IMG/VR virus record: IMGVR_UViG_3300030106_005823
Coordinates: 1 to 45,423 of that record
DNA from: a virus
Taxonomy: Duplodnaviria > Caudoviricetes
Strand: one strand, 5' to 3'
DNA: 45,423 nucleotides
Shown piece after piece: positions 24,683 to 32,993 of the stretch; within the stretch, counting starts at the first letter, position 1, and each line of letters starts with the position of its first letter. The notes under the pieces were generated by a model. That model made no database searches. It saw nothing but the letters and a program-made list of their open reading frames with translations, and was not told the DNA's origin. The position numbers were made by a program, and so were the translations under genes.

Positions 24683-24711
24683 AAAAGGGACCGGGGGATG
24701 ACCCCCCGGTC
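24683..24711 (-). terminator. Rho-independent terminator after the capsid/cement genes
   Basis: GACCGGGGG stem followed by CCTTTT on the minus strand. Confidence 0.7.
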
Positions 24712-24757
24712 AAGGAGGAAGCAACAGTGCTTTAAGAAGGAGGGAGCAACAGTGCTT
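24712..24757. repeat. Two 21-bp direct repeats carrying anti-SD motifs
   Basis: AAGGAGG(A/G)AGCAACAGTGCTT at 24712-24732 and 24737-24757. Confidence 0.8.
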
Positions 24758-24770
24758 CAGGAGGCGGTAT

Positions 24771-25211
24771 TTAGTTGATACCGCTATCGGGCTCAGCGTT
24801 CCAGCGGCTCGGCTCGAAGGTCAAGAACGCGTCGACTGCGCCCGCGGTCATGTTGCCGACCGTAGTCGCCAACAAACCCAGGTAGCGTTCGTACGCTTGC
24901 CCTTCATTTGGAACCACCAGTGCCAGAGAGAAGCCGGCTGCCGCAGTGGCAGTCGGGATCGCGCCGGTGCTGACGTGTTCCGATGCAGAGCCGTCGGTCG
25001 CAACAGCGGCGGCGGCGTCAGAGGCCAAAGTGAAGTTCACCGAAGTGCCGCCCGCAAAGGCGGTGGTAACAACAATGACAAGGTAAAGCGGCTGACCTTG
25101 ACCGAAGTCACGGGCCGATTCCGTGTCTATCACGTTCTCGGACAGCACAGTGCTGGCATTCGAGTACATGTCGTCCGTGTTACCGAACTCCAAACGAGAA
25201 TCGAGAATCAT
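24771..25211 (-). CDS. Capsid cement/decoration protein (BPP-1 Bbp16-like)
   Basis: MILD..LEF, SENVID, G.GQPLYL.I.VTTAF and RYL motifs; directly after the MCP. Confidence 0.8.
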   Translation of the reverse strand: MILDSRLEFGNTDDMYSNASTVLSENVIDTESARDFGQGQPLYLVIVVTTAFAGGTSVNFTLASDAAAAVATDGSASEHVSTGAIPTATAAAGFSLALVVPNEGQAYERYLGLLATTVGNMTAGAVDAFLTFEPSRWNAEPDSGIN

Positions 25212-25263
25212 TTTCTCTCTCCTTTTGCGAAACGTTAGTCAGTTGCTAAGGCTAGGCCTTGGC

Positions 25264-26259
25264 TTAACTGACAGCGGTCTCGTCTGCGTCGAGAGCATCG
25301 ACGCGGCGGATGGGAATGCCATGCCATTCGGTCTGCATAGTGCCGCCAACTTCACGCGTGGTAAGCGTAGAGCTAGAGACTGCAGCCGCGGTTTGGCGGC
25401 GGAGGAACGACACCATCTCACGCGTCATGTAGAACGCACAGCGCCCAATTTGCGGCGATGGAATGAGCCCGTAAGCCCGATGCATCAAGTCGTTCAGGTC
25501 TGGACCACTTGCAGCGTTCTTAACGAGAGCGGTGCGGTCGATGTTGGCAATACGCACGGCGTAGCGCCAGTCGCGGACGGTAAGGCCCACATCCCAGCGG
25601 TAGTGCGTGCGGTACGCCTGCATGCGGCCACCCGAGCCATCAACGTCTTCGATAGTCACTTCACCCAGGTCACGTTGCTGGATACCGGCGGTGCTGCCTT
25701 TCGGCACAATGCCGTGGCAAGTCATCGGTGACCAGCAGATGAGCCAGATAGAGCGCAAGTTAGACGAGTCGCCCTCGTTGATGATGTTGCGCGCGTTGTC
25801 GCCGGATAGGTCCGCATAACGCGGTGCCAGCCCAGTGAACTCTTCAGGCGCAGAAGTCTCATCACCGTAGAACAGCGTAGCTGCCACCTCTTGGTTCATG
25901 CCCTCGATATGAGCGCGGTCTTCCATGAGGCGGAACTTCGCAGGGTCACCGGCCATATCAACCAGAGCTTTATCCTGCTCAGCGTACGCTTCGAGCATGC
26001 CGCAGTTGTCAGTCACTTGGACCGTGCGGCTCTTGTTCGGCTGGACTCCGCCGTAGAGTTTGCGCCACGTCGGCGCGGGGATACCAGAGCGAATCGTGGT
26101 TCGATGACCCGTAGTGAGGTTGCCCTCCATCCAAGTCATGTCCGCCAAGATTTCGTTGGTCTCGTTCAGAATTTCGACCACATCCGCGATGCTGCCATCT
26201 GGGTCCGTCATGCGAACCAAGTCGGCCAGCGTCGGGTTGGTCACTGCGAGAGTTGCCAT
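25264..26259 (-). CDS. Major capsid protein (BPP-1 Bbp17-like)
   Basis: PTLAD, L..TNEIL.D, TWRKLYGGVQP.KS, F.GL.PRY, GLTVRDWRY.VRIANID and GIPIRRVDAL motifs. Confidence 0.92.
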   Translation of the reverse strand: MATLAVTNPTLADLVRMTDPDGSIADVVEILNETNEILADMTWMEGNLTTGHRTTIRSGIPAPTWRKLYGGVQPNKSRTVQVTDNCGMLEAYAEQDKALVDMAGDPAKFRLMEDRAHIEGMNQEVAATLFYGDETSAPEEFTGLAPRYADLSGDNARNIINEGDSSNLRSIWLICWSPMTCHGIVPKGSTAGIQQRDLGEVTIEDVDGSGGRMQAYRTHYRWDVGLTVRDWRYAVRIANIDRTALVKNAASGPDLNDLMHRAYGLIPSPQIGRCAFYMTREMVSFLRRQTAAAVSSSTLTTREVGGTMQTEWHGIPIRRVDALDADETAVS

Positions 26260-26278
26260 TGGCTACAGTTTCCTTTCG

Positions 26279-26947
26279 TTACTGGTTCATAGTTGGGAAC
26301 ATCCGCTTCTCAGGAGCATCCTGAGTCACGGCATCACCACCGATGACAAATCTATGGTCCCCAATAGCCTGACCTATCCGATAAAACAGGCGAATAACTT
26401 CGGGGTGGTTCCCCAAAGCAAGCCCGTTCGGATTCTCAGCCGTTGGAAACTCAAGCAAAGATTTCAGCTCATCAGTAGCAAGTGCGTCCCGCGCTTGTTT
26501 CGCGACGGACAGAATCTCGGGCATTGAATCGCCACCAAGTTCCGTGTCCGCACGTACGGCGTCAGCCCAGCTATCGACTCGTTCCTCATAGGCCGTAGTC
26601 ATCTGCTGTACTGAATCCGCTCCCCTCTTAATGTCGAAGTCCAGCAGTTGCTGGAACTGGTCCTGAGTCAGGCCCATATCCTTCGCCATGACCTTGAAGC
26701 TTTCGAGCTGAGCAGTGTGCTCAGGTTGAAGCTCCACGCCATCGGGCGGTTGCCAGGAGAGTTCAGCATCGCCCTCACCATCACCCTTCGACTCGTCATC
26801 CGACAGCAGCGTTTTGGGTGCAGGATCGTCATCGCTGGCCTTTAGCGAATCATCCGGCGCGTCAGCCGGCGAATCCACAGATGGGTCAGCGGGTGTGTCG
26901 GCCGGCGGGTCAGCCGGCGCGTCCAAGTTGGGGTCTTCCTCAGCCAT
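26279..26947 (-). CDS. Capsid scaffolding protein
   Basis: Acidic Pro-rich N-terminus, AK..GLTQDQ.Q.L, D.ELGG and GNHPEVIRLF..IG motifs. Confidence 0.8.
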   Translation of the reverse strand: MAEEDPNLDAPADPPADTPADPSVDSPADAPDDSLKASDDDPAPKTLLSDDESKGDGEGDAELSWQPPDGVELQPEHTAQLESFKVMAKDMGLTQDQFQQLLDFDIKRGADSVQQMTTAYEERVDSWADAVRADTELGGDSMPEILSVAKQARDALATDELKSLLEFPTAENPNGLALGNHPEVIRLFYRIGQAIGDHRFVIGGDAVTQDAPEKRMFPTMNQ

Positions 26948-27236
26948 TAGGTATGTTCTCCATCAACATTTGCCGGTAAGTATCGGCGCTACGGTTTAGC
27001 AGCTGTTGCCTCACAGCAAGGCCGACAGCGCGTGCACCTTCGTTAGACGCAGTGAAAACAGGGTCACTGGTCAAACTGTTTTGCATTAAGTGACAAGTCT
27101 CGTGCAAAAGGTTGTACATCCACCGCCGCCCGCGCACGCTAGACACCACCCAGTCCAGGTCGCGAAGTTTGTCGTCTTCAAGTTCTTCGGCCTTGGCTAC
27201 GTGCTGCGGGTTGCTGGGGTCATGCTCAGGCATCAC
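26940..27236 (-). CDS. Bbp19-like small protein
   Basis: DL.WV.S...GRRW...LL and NEG.R.VGL motifs; located between portal and scaffold. Confidence 0.75.
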   Translation of the reverse strand: MMPEHDPSNPQHVAKAEELEDDKLRDLDWVVSSVRGRRWMYNLLHETCHLMQNSLTSDPVFTASNEGARAVGLAVRQQLLNRSADTYRQMLMENIPNG

Positions 27237-28959
27237 GGCCCCCCAGCAAATCAGTTAACGCGTTCGGGCTACGGGAATCAGTTTCGCTAAGGACTTTTGC
27301 GCCTTGCGCCATGTTACCCAGCTGCTCAGCCTGCGCAGCCTGGGCCATCGCTTGCTGACGGGCTTGGCGGCGCTCAGCTACATCGCTCTCATCGCGCAGC
27401 ATGTCAGTCGGCGCACCCACGACTCGACGGTATTCACGCAACGTGCGGTCCGGGTCTACGATGTCAGAGACGTCTTCACCAAACAGCCCGGCCATGTTGC
27501 CGGCAAACCCAAGCGTGCGCTCAATAGAGCTGGCTGACGCAGCTTCTTGTGCCTGCGCCAACAGCGATGTGTATCTGGGCCGCACCTGCATGTCTTCAAT
27601 TTCAGGGGGAGCCGGCGGCATCATGCCAGCGTCTTGAATCCAAGTGATAAGGTCATCGTGCAGTGGGTCAAGGAACTCAGTGTTCATCCGATTCAACATC
27701 GGCCCAAGAAGCACCAGCTTTTCCTCGTGCCTCTCAACCACCTCGGTAGCGGTGATTTGACGGCGGTTGCTCTCAATCATCATCGCAAACAAGTCAGCAA
27801 AGAAGCCCGTCTTGATGCGCTCTTGCACGTCTTGGATGTCGAGCATCATCTCCTGAAGCCGAGGCTGCACAAGGTAGGTGGGCGCAAACCCCTGCGTTCC
27901 TTGCTGAGGGTCGACATAAGTAACGCCGCCCGGCAGCACGCTGGACGGCTTGCCGCGCATTGAAGTCGGCGCAGTCAGGGGCGGGTTCACCATCTTGTCG
28001 ATGGCCTGGGCTTTGCGCTTTTGCTCGTGCTGGAGCTGCTTTACATCACCAAGTGTGTCCATGCCAGGGCTGCGGCCGTACACATCGCCATGTAGCACCC
28101 ACCATCGTGGAACGTACACGGGAAACTTCTCATGCCCACCTTCAAAGGCAAACTCGTCGTCGTTTGCGCCTTCTTCCATGTAGCAACTGCGAAACGGCAT
28201 GGATAGCGGCCCAAAGGCCCGTCGGTCAGGTTTACGCCGCGGCTGCACCATGTGGACTATGGGCACCAGCTGATCGTACTCACCTGCGCTCCAAAGCTTT
28301 TTCGTTGCAGCACTGACGCCGCGCCAGTCCATGCGCTGAGTCATTTTGTCTACGACAAACTTCTCGACCACCTGAGAGACAGTCATTGTGAAGTAGCGCC
28401 CGACAGTGTCTATCTGCCCGAACTCGTTCTCGGCAATGACGTACTCGCCTGCAGTCAGCGGCCGGTAGTAAACTAGCTTGTCAAAATTCTTCTCTCGGTA
28501 AAGAGGCCCAGTACCGAACAGCCCCAGCTCGTCATACACAGTCGAGCAGCTGTTGTAGAAAGTAGAGCCGTTCAGCACCAGACGTGCCACCCAGGCTAGG
28601 CGGTCAAACCACTCCATGACTGGCCGGTATTCGTTCAGCTCGTCATCTTCGACGCCGTACTTGAACCAGGGGCTAGCGGGGTTAGTTATGCCAGACATGA
28701 GCCCGGCGTTTAGTATCCGCAACGCGTAAGTGCCGGTGCCGTCGACAATCTTAGTGGTGCGTTTGCGCCCACGATTTGACTGGTAAGTGTCGAGCAGAAA
28801 CCTGCCGCGACGCGGCAAGATGTAATCGCTCAACTCCATCCAATGCGTGCGCCAAGAAGAGCGGTCGTCTTCAAGCCGCTTGTACCGACGCCAGACTCGG
28901 TCTCGCTTCGAGTTAAGCGGAGCGTCCGGAATGTTGTCGACAGTTACCGTAGTCGCCAT
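27226..28959 (-). CDS. Portal (head-tail connector) protein
   Basis: W.ELSDYILP.RGRF, GLMSG.T.P..PWF, YGRSPGM..LGD.KQLQ and TATEV.ER.EEKL..LGP motifs. Confidence 0.93.
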   Translation of the reverse strand: MATTVTVDNIPDAPLNSKRDRVWRRYKRLEDDRSSWRTHWMELSDYILPRRGRFLLDTYQSNRGRKRTTKIVDGTGTYALRILNAGLMSGITNPASPWFKYGVEDDELNEYRPVMEWFDRLAWVARLVLNGSTFYNSCSTVYDELGLFGTGPLYREKNFDKLVYYRPLTAGEYVIAENEFGQIDTVGRYFTMTVSQVVEKFVVDKMTQRMDWRGVSAATKKLWSAGEYDQLVPIVHMVQPRRKPDRRAFGPLSMPFRSCYMEEGANDDEFAFEGGHEKFPVYVPRWWVLHGDVYGRSPGMDTLGDVKQLQHEQKRKAQAIDKMVNPPLTAPTSMRGKPSSVLPGGVTYVDPQQGTQGFAPTYLVQPRLQEMMLDIQDVQERIKTGFFADLFAMMIESNRRQITATEVVERHEEKLVLLGPMLNRMNTEFLDPLHDDLITWIQDAGMMPPAPPEIEDMQVRPRYTSLLAQAQEAASASSIERTLGFAGNMAGLFGEDVSDIVDPDRTLREYRRVVGAPTDMLRDESDVAERRQARQQAMAQAAQAEQLGNMAQGAKVLSETDSRSPNALTDLLGGRDA

Positions 28960-28962
28960 GGA

Positions 28963-29214
28963 CTAATCACCATACTCGATAGGTTCAGAGGGATCTCCAC
29001 CAAGCAACGTGCGTTTGCCAGTGTTTGCCCGATTGCTGGGGTCGTTGACGCTTGGGCCGCTGCGGTCGGTGCCGCCCTGCCCCATCCTCATGTTTGCGCG
29101 TCGACGCTCGTCATCCCTTGCTGCCACCACTTCTTGAGACACGCGTGTTGGAGGCTTAGGTGCCGGCTTAGGCGGCGGCGGAGGCGCTGGAGTTTTTGGC
29201 CCACTTAAACACAT
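28963..29214 (-). CDS. Small virion assembly protein preceding the portal
   Basis: MC...P-rich N-terminus and KRTLLG C-terminus, typical of the gene upstream of podovirus portals. Confidence 0.7.
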   Translation of the reverse strand: MCLSGPKTPAPPPPPKPAPKPPTRVSQEVVAARDDERRRANMRMGQGGTDRSGPSVNDPSNRANTGKRTLLGGDPSEPIEYGD

Positions 29215-29217
29215 GGT

Positions 29218-29703
29218 TCAGGCTCCTTGGAATTGATAGCGCTGGAACGTGGTGCCCGCAGCGTCGTAAGTGTCGATGGGCTCAAACCCAATGCGCTTTG
29301 CCCAGGCGTTGGTGAAGTACCCTTGCGCAATGTCGTCGACGTCTGCCCAACAACACTTCCCCCACCCCATGGCTTGGCCGGCCGGGCTGCGCGCGTAGCG
29401 AATAAGCGACTTGGTCAGGGTTACTTTGAACCGGTCTAGGTCACGATGAAGCAAGGTGGAAAAGTAACCATTTGAAACGCAAAACATATAGAGCATCACG
29501 TCATCTCGCTCTGGGTGCTGCACGCCACAGAACACCTCCGCGGTGGCAAACATCGCTAGCGATTCTTGCGGCGTCATCTCTAAATGCTTGGCTGCAAAGT
29601 CCAGGTCTTCAATTGTGCCTTGGTGCGGCTCAGCCATTAGCGCCGTAATGTGTGCTTCTCGCTCGGCTTTATCGAGCGCTGAGAAGTCTATAACTCCACG
29701 CAT
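29218..29703 (-). CDS. Hypothetical protein, possibly GNAT-fold
   Basis: ORF in operon; C-terminal WAKRIGFEP resembles the GNAT motif B end. Confidence 0.55.
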   Translation of the reverse strand: MRGVIDFSALDKAEREAHITALMAEPHQGTIEDLDFAAKHLEMTPQESLAMFATAEVFCGVQHPERDDVMLYMFCVSNGYFSTLLHRDLDRFKVTLTKSLIRYARSPAGQAMGWGKCCWADVDDIAQGYFTNAWAKRIGFEPIDTYDAAGTTFQRYQFQGA

Positions 29704-29773
29704 ACCCTAACCCCTTGACAGGTCATGGTCGCGGAGTGTACCGCCATCCTCGGGCAGTGACTAGTCAGTGGTT

Positions 29774-31273
29774 TCAGTAGGGGTCGTACTCTGAGATTGG
29801 AATGCCCGCGCCCTGGTCCCCTTGATAGCCAGGGCGCGACGGATAAACGGGCATGCAAAAGCTCAGCGCCAACGCGTCGCCATCGTCCGGAGAATCAAGC
29901 CCCCGCTTGCGCATGTCGTCCTTTGATTCAAGCACCAGACGTTGCTGGTTGTCGTATTTGTATTCAGGCGCTGTTAGGTCGGTGCGAAGGTCCGGGTCGT
30001 CCTCAATAAGAATCCCATCAATCATCGCTTGCTTAAGGTTGTCCCACATTTCTGCCCGCATGTTCACGTACCTAAGCGGGTTGATGGCTTTGCTGCCAAA
30101 GTTGACCTCGATGACTTCCAGGCCAAGCTGCCGGCATCGGTCGACTACCCCGCCACCCACGCCGCCGCCATCAATAAAAACCGCGTCGGAACGGTGCTTG
30201 CGGGCAATCTCCACGATACGTGCGGCCACCTGCATGGTGTCGATACCGCGAAGAATAAGCTTGTCGACAGTGCAATCACGGCCGCGTCGCACCCGAATTA
30301 CAGTGCGGTCTGAGCCGAAGCGCGCAATGTCTGCACTGACAACTACTGGGTCCGTCGGAGTGTTGGCGACGTCACCAAAGTCCACGCACTGTTCAACAAG
30401 GTCGGTGCCAATCAATTGCATGTTGCCTGCCCTCGGGAACTCGCCCTTAACGCGGACTCGAACAAAGTCGCTGTCTTCGCCGTACTGCTTAACCCACCGC
30501 TTAATAAGCGACTTGTTAGTGATGGCAACCGACCGGCTGTCGATAAACCTGCGGCGGTAGCTCGAACGGTACCGGCCTACCATGTTTTCGTAGAACCTGC
30601 CCTGGTTACGGGTTGGGTTGCCAAAGTCAAACGTCATTGGCTCACCGTCAGTTAGTCCACCCTCGCGCACCTCGAAGATTTTGTCCGGTATGGCCGAAGC
30701 CTCGTCAAAAATAAAGAACGGCGTAGAGCCGGCAGCGTGCAGCCCAGCAAACGCCTCAGAGTTCCGCTCCTCACACGTTTGAGCATCGCATCGCCACGTT
30801 TCAGGGTGAGCAAGGTGGTAGATGTTCAGCGACCCGCCGCCGCCGCTGTTGAGGCGGTACCAATGCTGTGTAATTGACATGCGGTGCCACTTCGCCAGTT
30901 CTGCCCAGGTCTTTGTCCTGAGCTGCTCGGCTGTGTTCGCGGTCACCACACCTTTTGCATCGGGCCGGGTGTCGAGTATCCACTTAATCAGCCACGCAAC
31001 AATGGCGCTCTTACCGATGCCGTGCCCACTTGCAGTGCTGTGCTGCTGCGGGTCGACAGCGGCAACGCCGTCAAAACACCGCCGCTTCACCTGCTCGCCG
31101 ACGTCGTTCAGAAACTCAACCTGCCAATCGTCAGGCCCAGTGAACCCAGCAAGCGGGGTGCCCTCGACTCCCCACGGGTAGGAGCCAAGCACATGGAGTA
31201 GAGGGTCGGCGTAGCATTCCGCTACAAAATGGGCAAGCTGCTCATCAATGGATTGAACGGTAACCGCACTCAC
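29774..31273 (-). CDS. terL: Terminase large subunit
   Basis: Walker A SGHGIGKS, Walker B IFDEAS, GNPTRN, nuclease DIARFGSD and SPDDGDALAL motifs. Confidence 0.95.
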   Translation of the reverse strand: MSAVTVQSIDEQLAHFVAECYADPLLHVLGSYPWGVEGTPLAGFTGPDDWQVEFLNDVGEQVKRRCFDGVAAVDPQQHSTASGHGIGKSAIVAWLIKWILDTRPDAKGVVTANTAEQLRTKTWAELAKWHRMSITQHWYRLNSGGGGSLNIYHLAHPETWRCDAQTCEERNSEAFAGLHAAGSTPFFIFDEASAIPDKIFEVREGGLTDGEPMTFDFGNPTRNQGRFYENMVGRYRSSYRRRFIDSRSVAITNKSLIKRWVKQYGEDSDFVRVRVKGEFPRAGNMQLIGTDLVEQCVDFGDVANTPTDPVVVSADIARFGSDRTVIRVRRGRDCTVDKLILRGIDTMQVAARIVEIARKHRSDAVFIDGGGVGGGVVDRCRQLGLEVIEVNFGSKAINPLRYVNMRAEMWDNLKQAMIDGILIEDDPDLRTDLTAPEYKYDNQQRLVLESKDDMRKRGLDSPDDGDALALSFCMPVYPSRPGYQGDQGAGIPISEYDPY

Positions 31274-31494
31274 GGCAGCGGGTCGTAGTCAGATACGTGG
31301 TAGTGGCCGTCTGGTGTCGCTATGCCGCCTGGGCACGGCGAATGCTCCGACGCAATAGTCCGCCGCGCCCCGCAGTTTTGACAGACTCCAAGCCCGCCAG
31401 CACCGGGTGGGGGCTTAGTCCAAACGTGAGGAAGCTGCCGTGATTGCCCTGCTAAATTTTGCGGCATTAGTGAGTGCTCTTCGGGTGGTTGCAA
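31270..31494 (-). CDS. Hypothetical protein with CxxC
   Basis: Overlap-coupled to terL; ends in SDYDPL, echoing the terL C-terminus SEYDPY. Confidence 0.5.
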   Translation of the reverse strand: MQPPEEHSLMPQNLAGQSRQLPHVWTKPPPGAGGLGVCQNCGARRTIASEHSPCPGGIATPDGHYHVSDYDPLP

Positions 31495-31682
31495 TGTAAA
31501 AACTTAGGCCGCGGGTCTGGGCTTAATGGGTCCACCACATAAAACAAGTCAGCTTCAGTTTGAACTAGCAAGAAGCTGCCAAACTCGCCAACGTAATAAA
31601 TAGAATCCGACTCTGCCAATTCCAACTCCATGGTGCAGACGGTTTCCCAATTATCACCCCAATCATTCCTCGTCAGACTCAT
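31467..31682 (-). CDS. Hypothetical protein
   Basis: ORF overlapping the ends of its neighbours; start uncertain. Confidence 0.45.
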   Translation of the reverse strand: MSLTRNDWGDNWETVCTMELELAESDSIYYVGEFGSFLLVQTEADLFYVVDPLSPDPRPKFLHCNHPKSTH

Positions 31683-32124
31683 GTGAGACCACCCCTTCAA
31701 TAACGCCTTTGAGTTGCGATGTGCTAGCAGGCGCAATATCGCGAAGAGCAACTAGGCGCTGCCTGCCTGCGCCAATTCTGTCGATGATGTCACCTACAGT
31801 GTGCCGCACCTCAGCTTCAATCGTTGTCGGCATAAGCCGTACAACGAGCCGAATAAACAACTCAGGATGCTCCCGCCCAAGCTTTTCTAGATACTGCACG
31901 CCGCCCAGGTTAGAAAACGCCTCGCGCACATGCTGCTGCATGTCGACAGTCATAGCGTTTTGGCTGCCCTTTGGCCTACCCAACTTGTGTTGAGCCGCGT
32001 TGTACTTCGCCCACTGGTTGCCTTTTTGATTAGGCTTTAGCGTCAGATCATATTCCACGCCGTCGACCACCCTAATGTCACGGGGCGTATTTTCAGTGCT
32101 TTGTTTAGTCGGGTTCTTGCTCAT
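31663..32124 (-). CDS. terS: Terminase small subunit
   Basis: GRPKGSQN, GG.QYL..L....P..F..L..RL.P motifs; upstream of terL. Confidence 0.75.
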   Translation of the reverse strand: MSKNPTKQSTENTPRDIRVVDGVEYDLTLKPNQKGNQWAKYNAAQHKLGRPKGSQNAMTVDMQQHVREAFSNLGGVQYLEKLGREHPELFIRLVVRLMPTTIEAEVRHTVGDIIDRIGAGRQRLVALRDIAPASTSQLKGVIEGVVSHESDEE

Positions 32125-32437
32125 CTCGTGATGATAGCGTAAGGCCAAGGAAATCCTCCAGTGACAAAGTGACTAGCCACTGCGTGTGGTTGCTTCTGTG
32201 AACGACGACCGCGACCTCTTCACTAGTAGCTGCAGCCTTGCACTGTTCGTACGCTGAGCGAAGGTTTAGCCGCTCCTGGCGCTTAATTTCAATGCATAGA
32301 GGGGGAGTGTTAACAAGGTCACGCCCGCCGTCCCGAGATTGAGCGAGGTTGCGTGCGACGTCGGGCCACACAGATTGCACAATCTTGACGACCTCTCGCT
32401 CTGCGGCCGCTCCCTTAGTTCTCTGCATTTTTCCCAT
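32105..32437 (-). CDS. Holliday junction resolvase (PD-(D/E)xK, Hjc-like)
   Basis: R.KGAAAEREV, GG.DL, IEIKRQE and W.V...LEDF motifs. Confidence 0.85.
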   Translation of the reverse strand: MGKMQRTKGAAAEREVVKIVQSVWPDVARNLAQSRDGGRDLVNTPPLCIEIKRQERLNLRSAYEQCKAAATSEEVAVVVHRSNHTQWLVTLSLEDFLGLTLSSRDEQEPD

Positions 32438-32528
32438 CTGGGGTCATCTCCTAGATAATGGTTGGAACCTGACAGCCGGACGCTCCTCGGTCTACAAAGG
32501 CTGTGAGGCCAGCAAGCTGGGTAGCTGG

Positions 32529-32828
32529 TCACTGCCCAGCTTGCGCATTTATCCTCTGACAAACTGGCTTAATGGTCGCGTCCACCCAAGCTGCAAGCTC
32601 TTCGCCGCCCGCCGCGCACATCGCACCGCGCTCACTTTGCCTGTTCAGCCGGCACTCTTGCACGTACACAGCTATTAAGAATGACCGCCTGCGCCCCCGC
32701 TGCCGCGGTAACTTATGGTTGAACACCTTTGCGTACACCGCATTGCGCACCTGTTTCATCCACACCTGCCAACCATCATCGCGCTCTGCAATAAACTCGC
32801 CGCCCTCATATCCAATATTCAATCGCAT
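32529..32828 (-). CDS. Hypothetical protein
   Basis: GAGGAG RBS; 99-aa ORF. Confidence 0.6.
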   Translation of the reverse strand: MRLNIGYEGGEFIAERDDGWQVWMKQVRNAVYAKVFNHKLPRQRGRRRSFLIAVYVQECRLNRQSERGAMCAAGGEELAAWVDATIKPVCQRINAQAGQ

Positions 32829-32867
32829 GGTCTAGCTCCTCGAAATTAGCTGATAGCACCCAGTTAC

Positions 32868-32968
32868 CCATTAACCCCCCAGGGTGGGGGATAGGTACTG
32901 GGGCGCTTCAGCGTTAGAAATTTTGCCGGGTGGTCAGGACCATAGCCCCCACCCTGGGGGGTTAATGG
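32868..32968. repeat. 23-bp perfect inverted repeat (candidate origin or packaging site)
   Basis: CCATTAACCCCCCAGGGTGGGGG at 32868-32890 and its exact reverse complement at 32946-32968. Confidence 0.85.
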
Positions 32969-32993
32969 CCTTCCCACCCCACCCTCCGCCTCC

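Noticed and set aside
24712-24757. Mini CRISPR array
   Set aside because: Only two 21-bp repeats separated by 4 nt; no spacers and no cas operon (the Cas4-like gene is a typical phage exonuclease)
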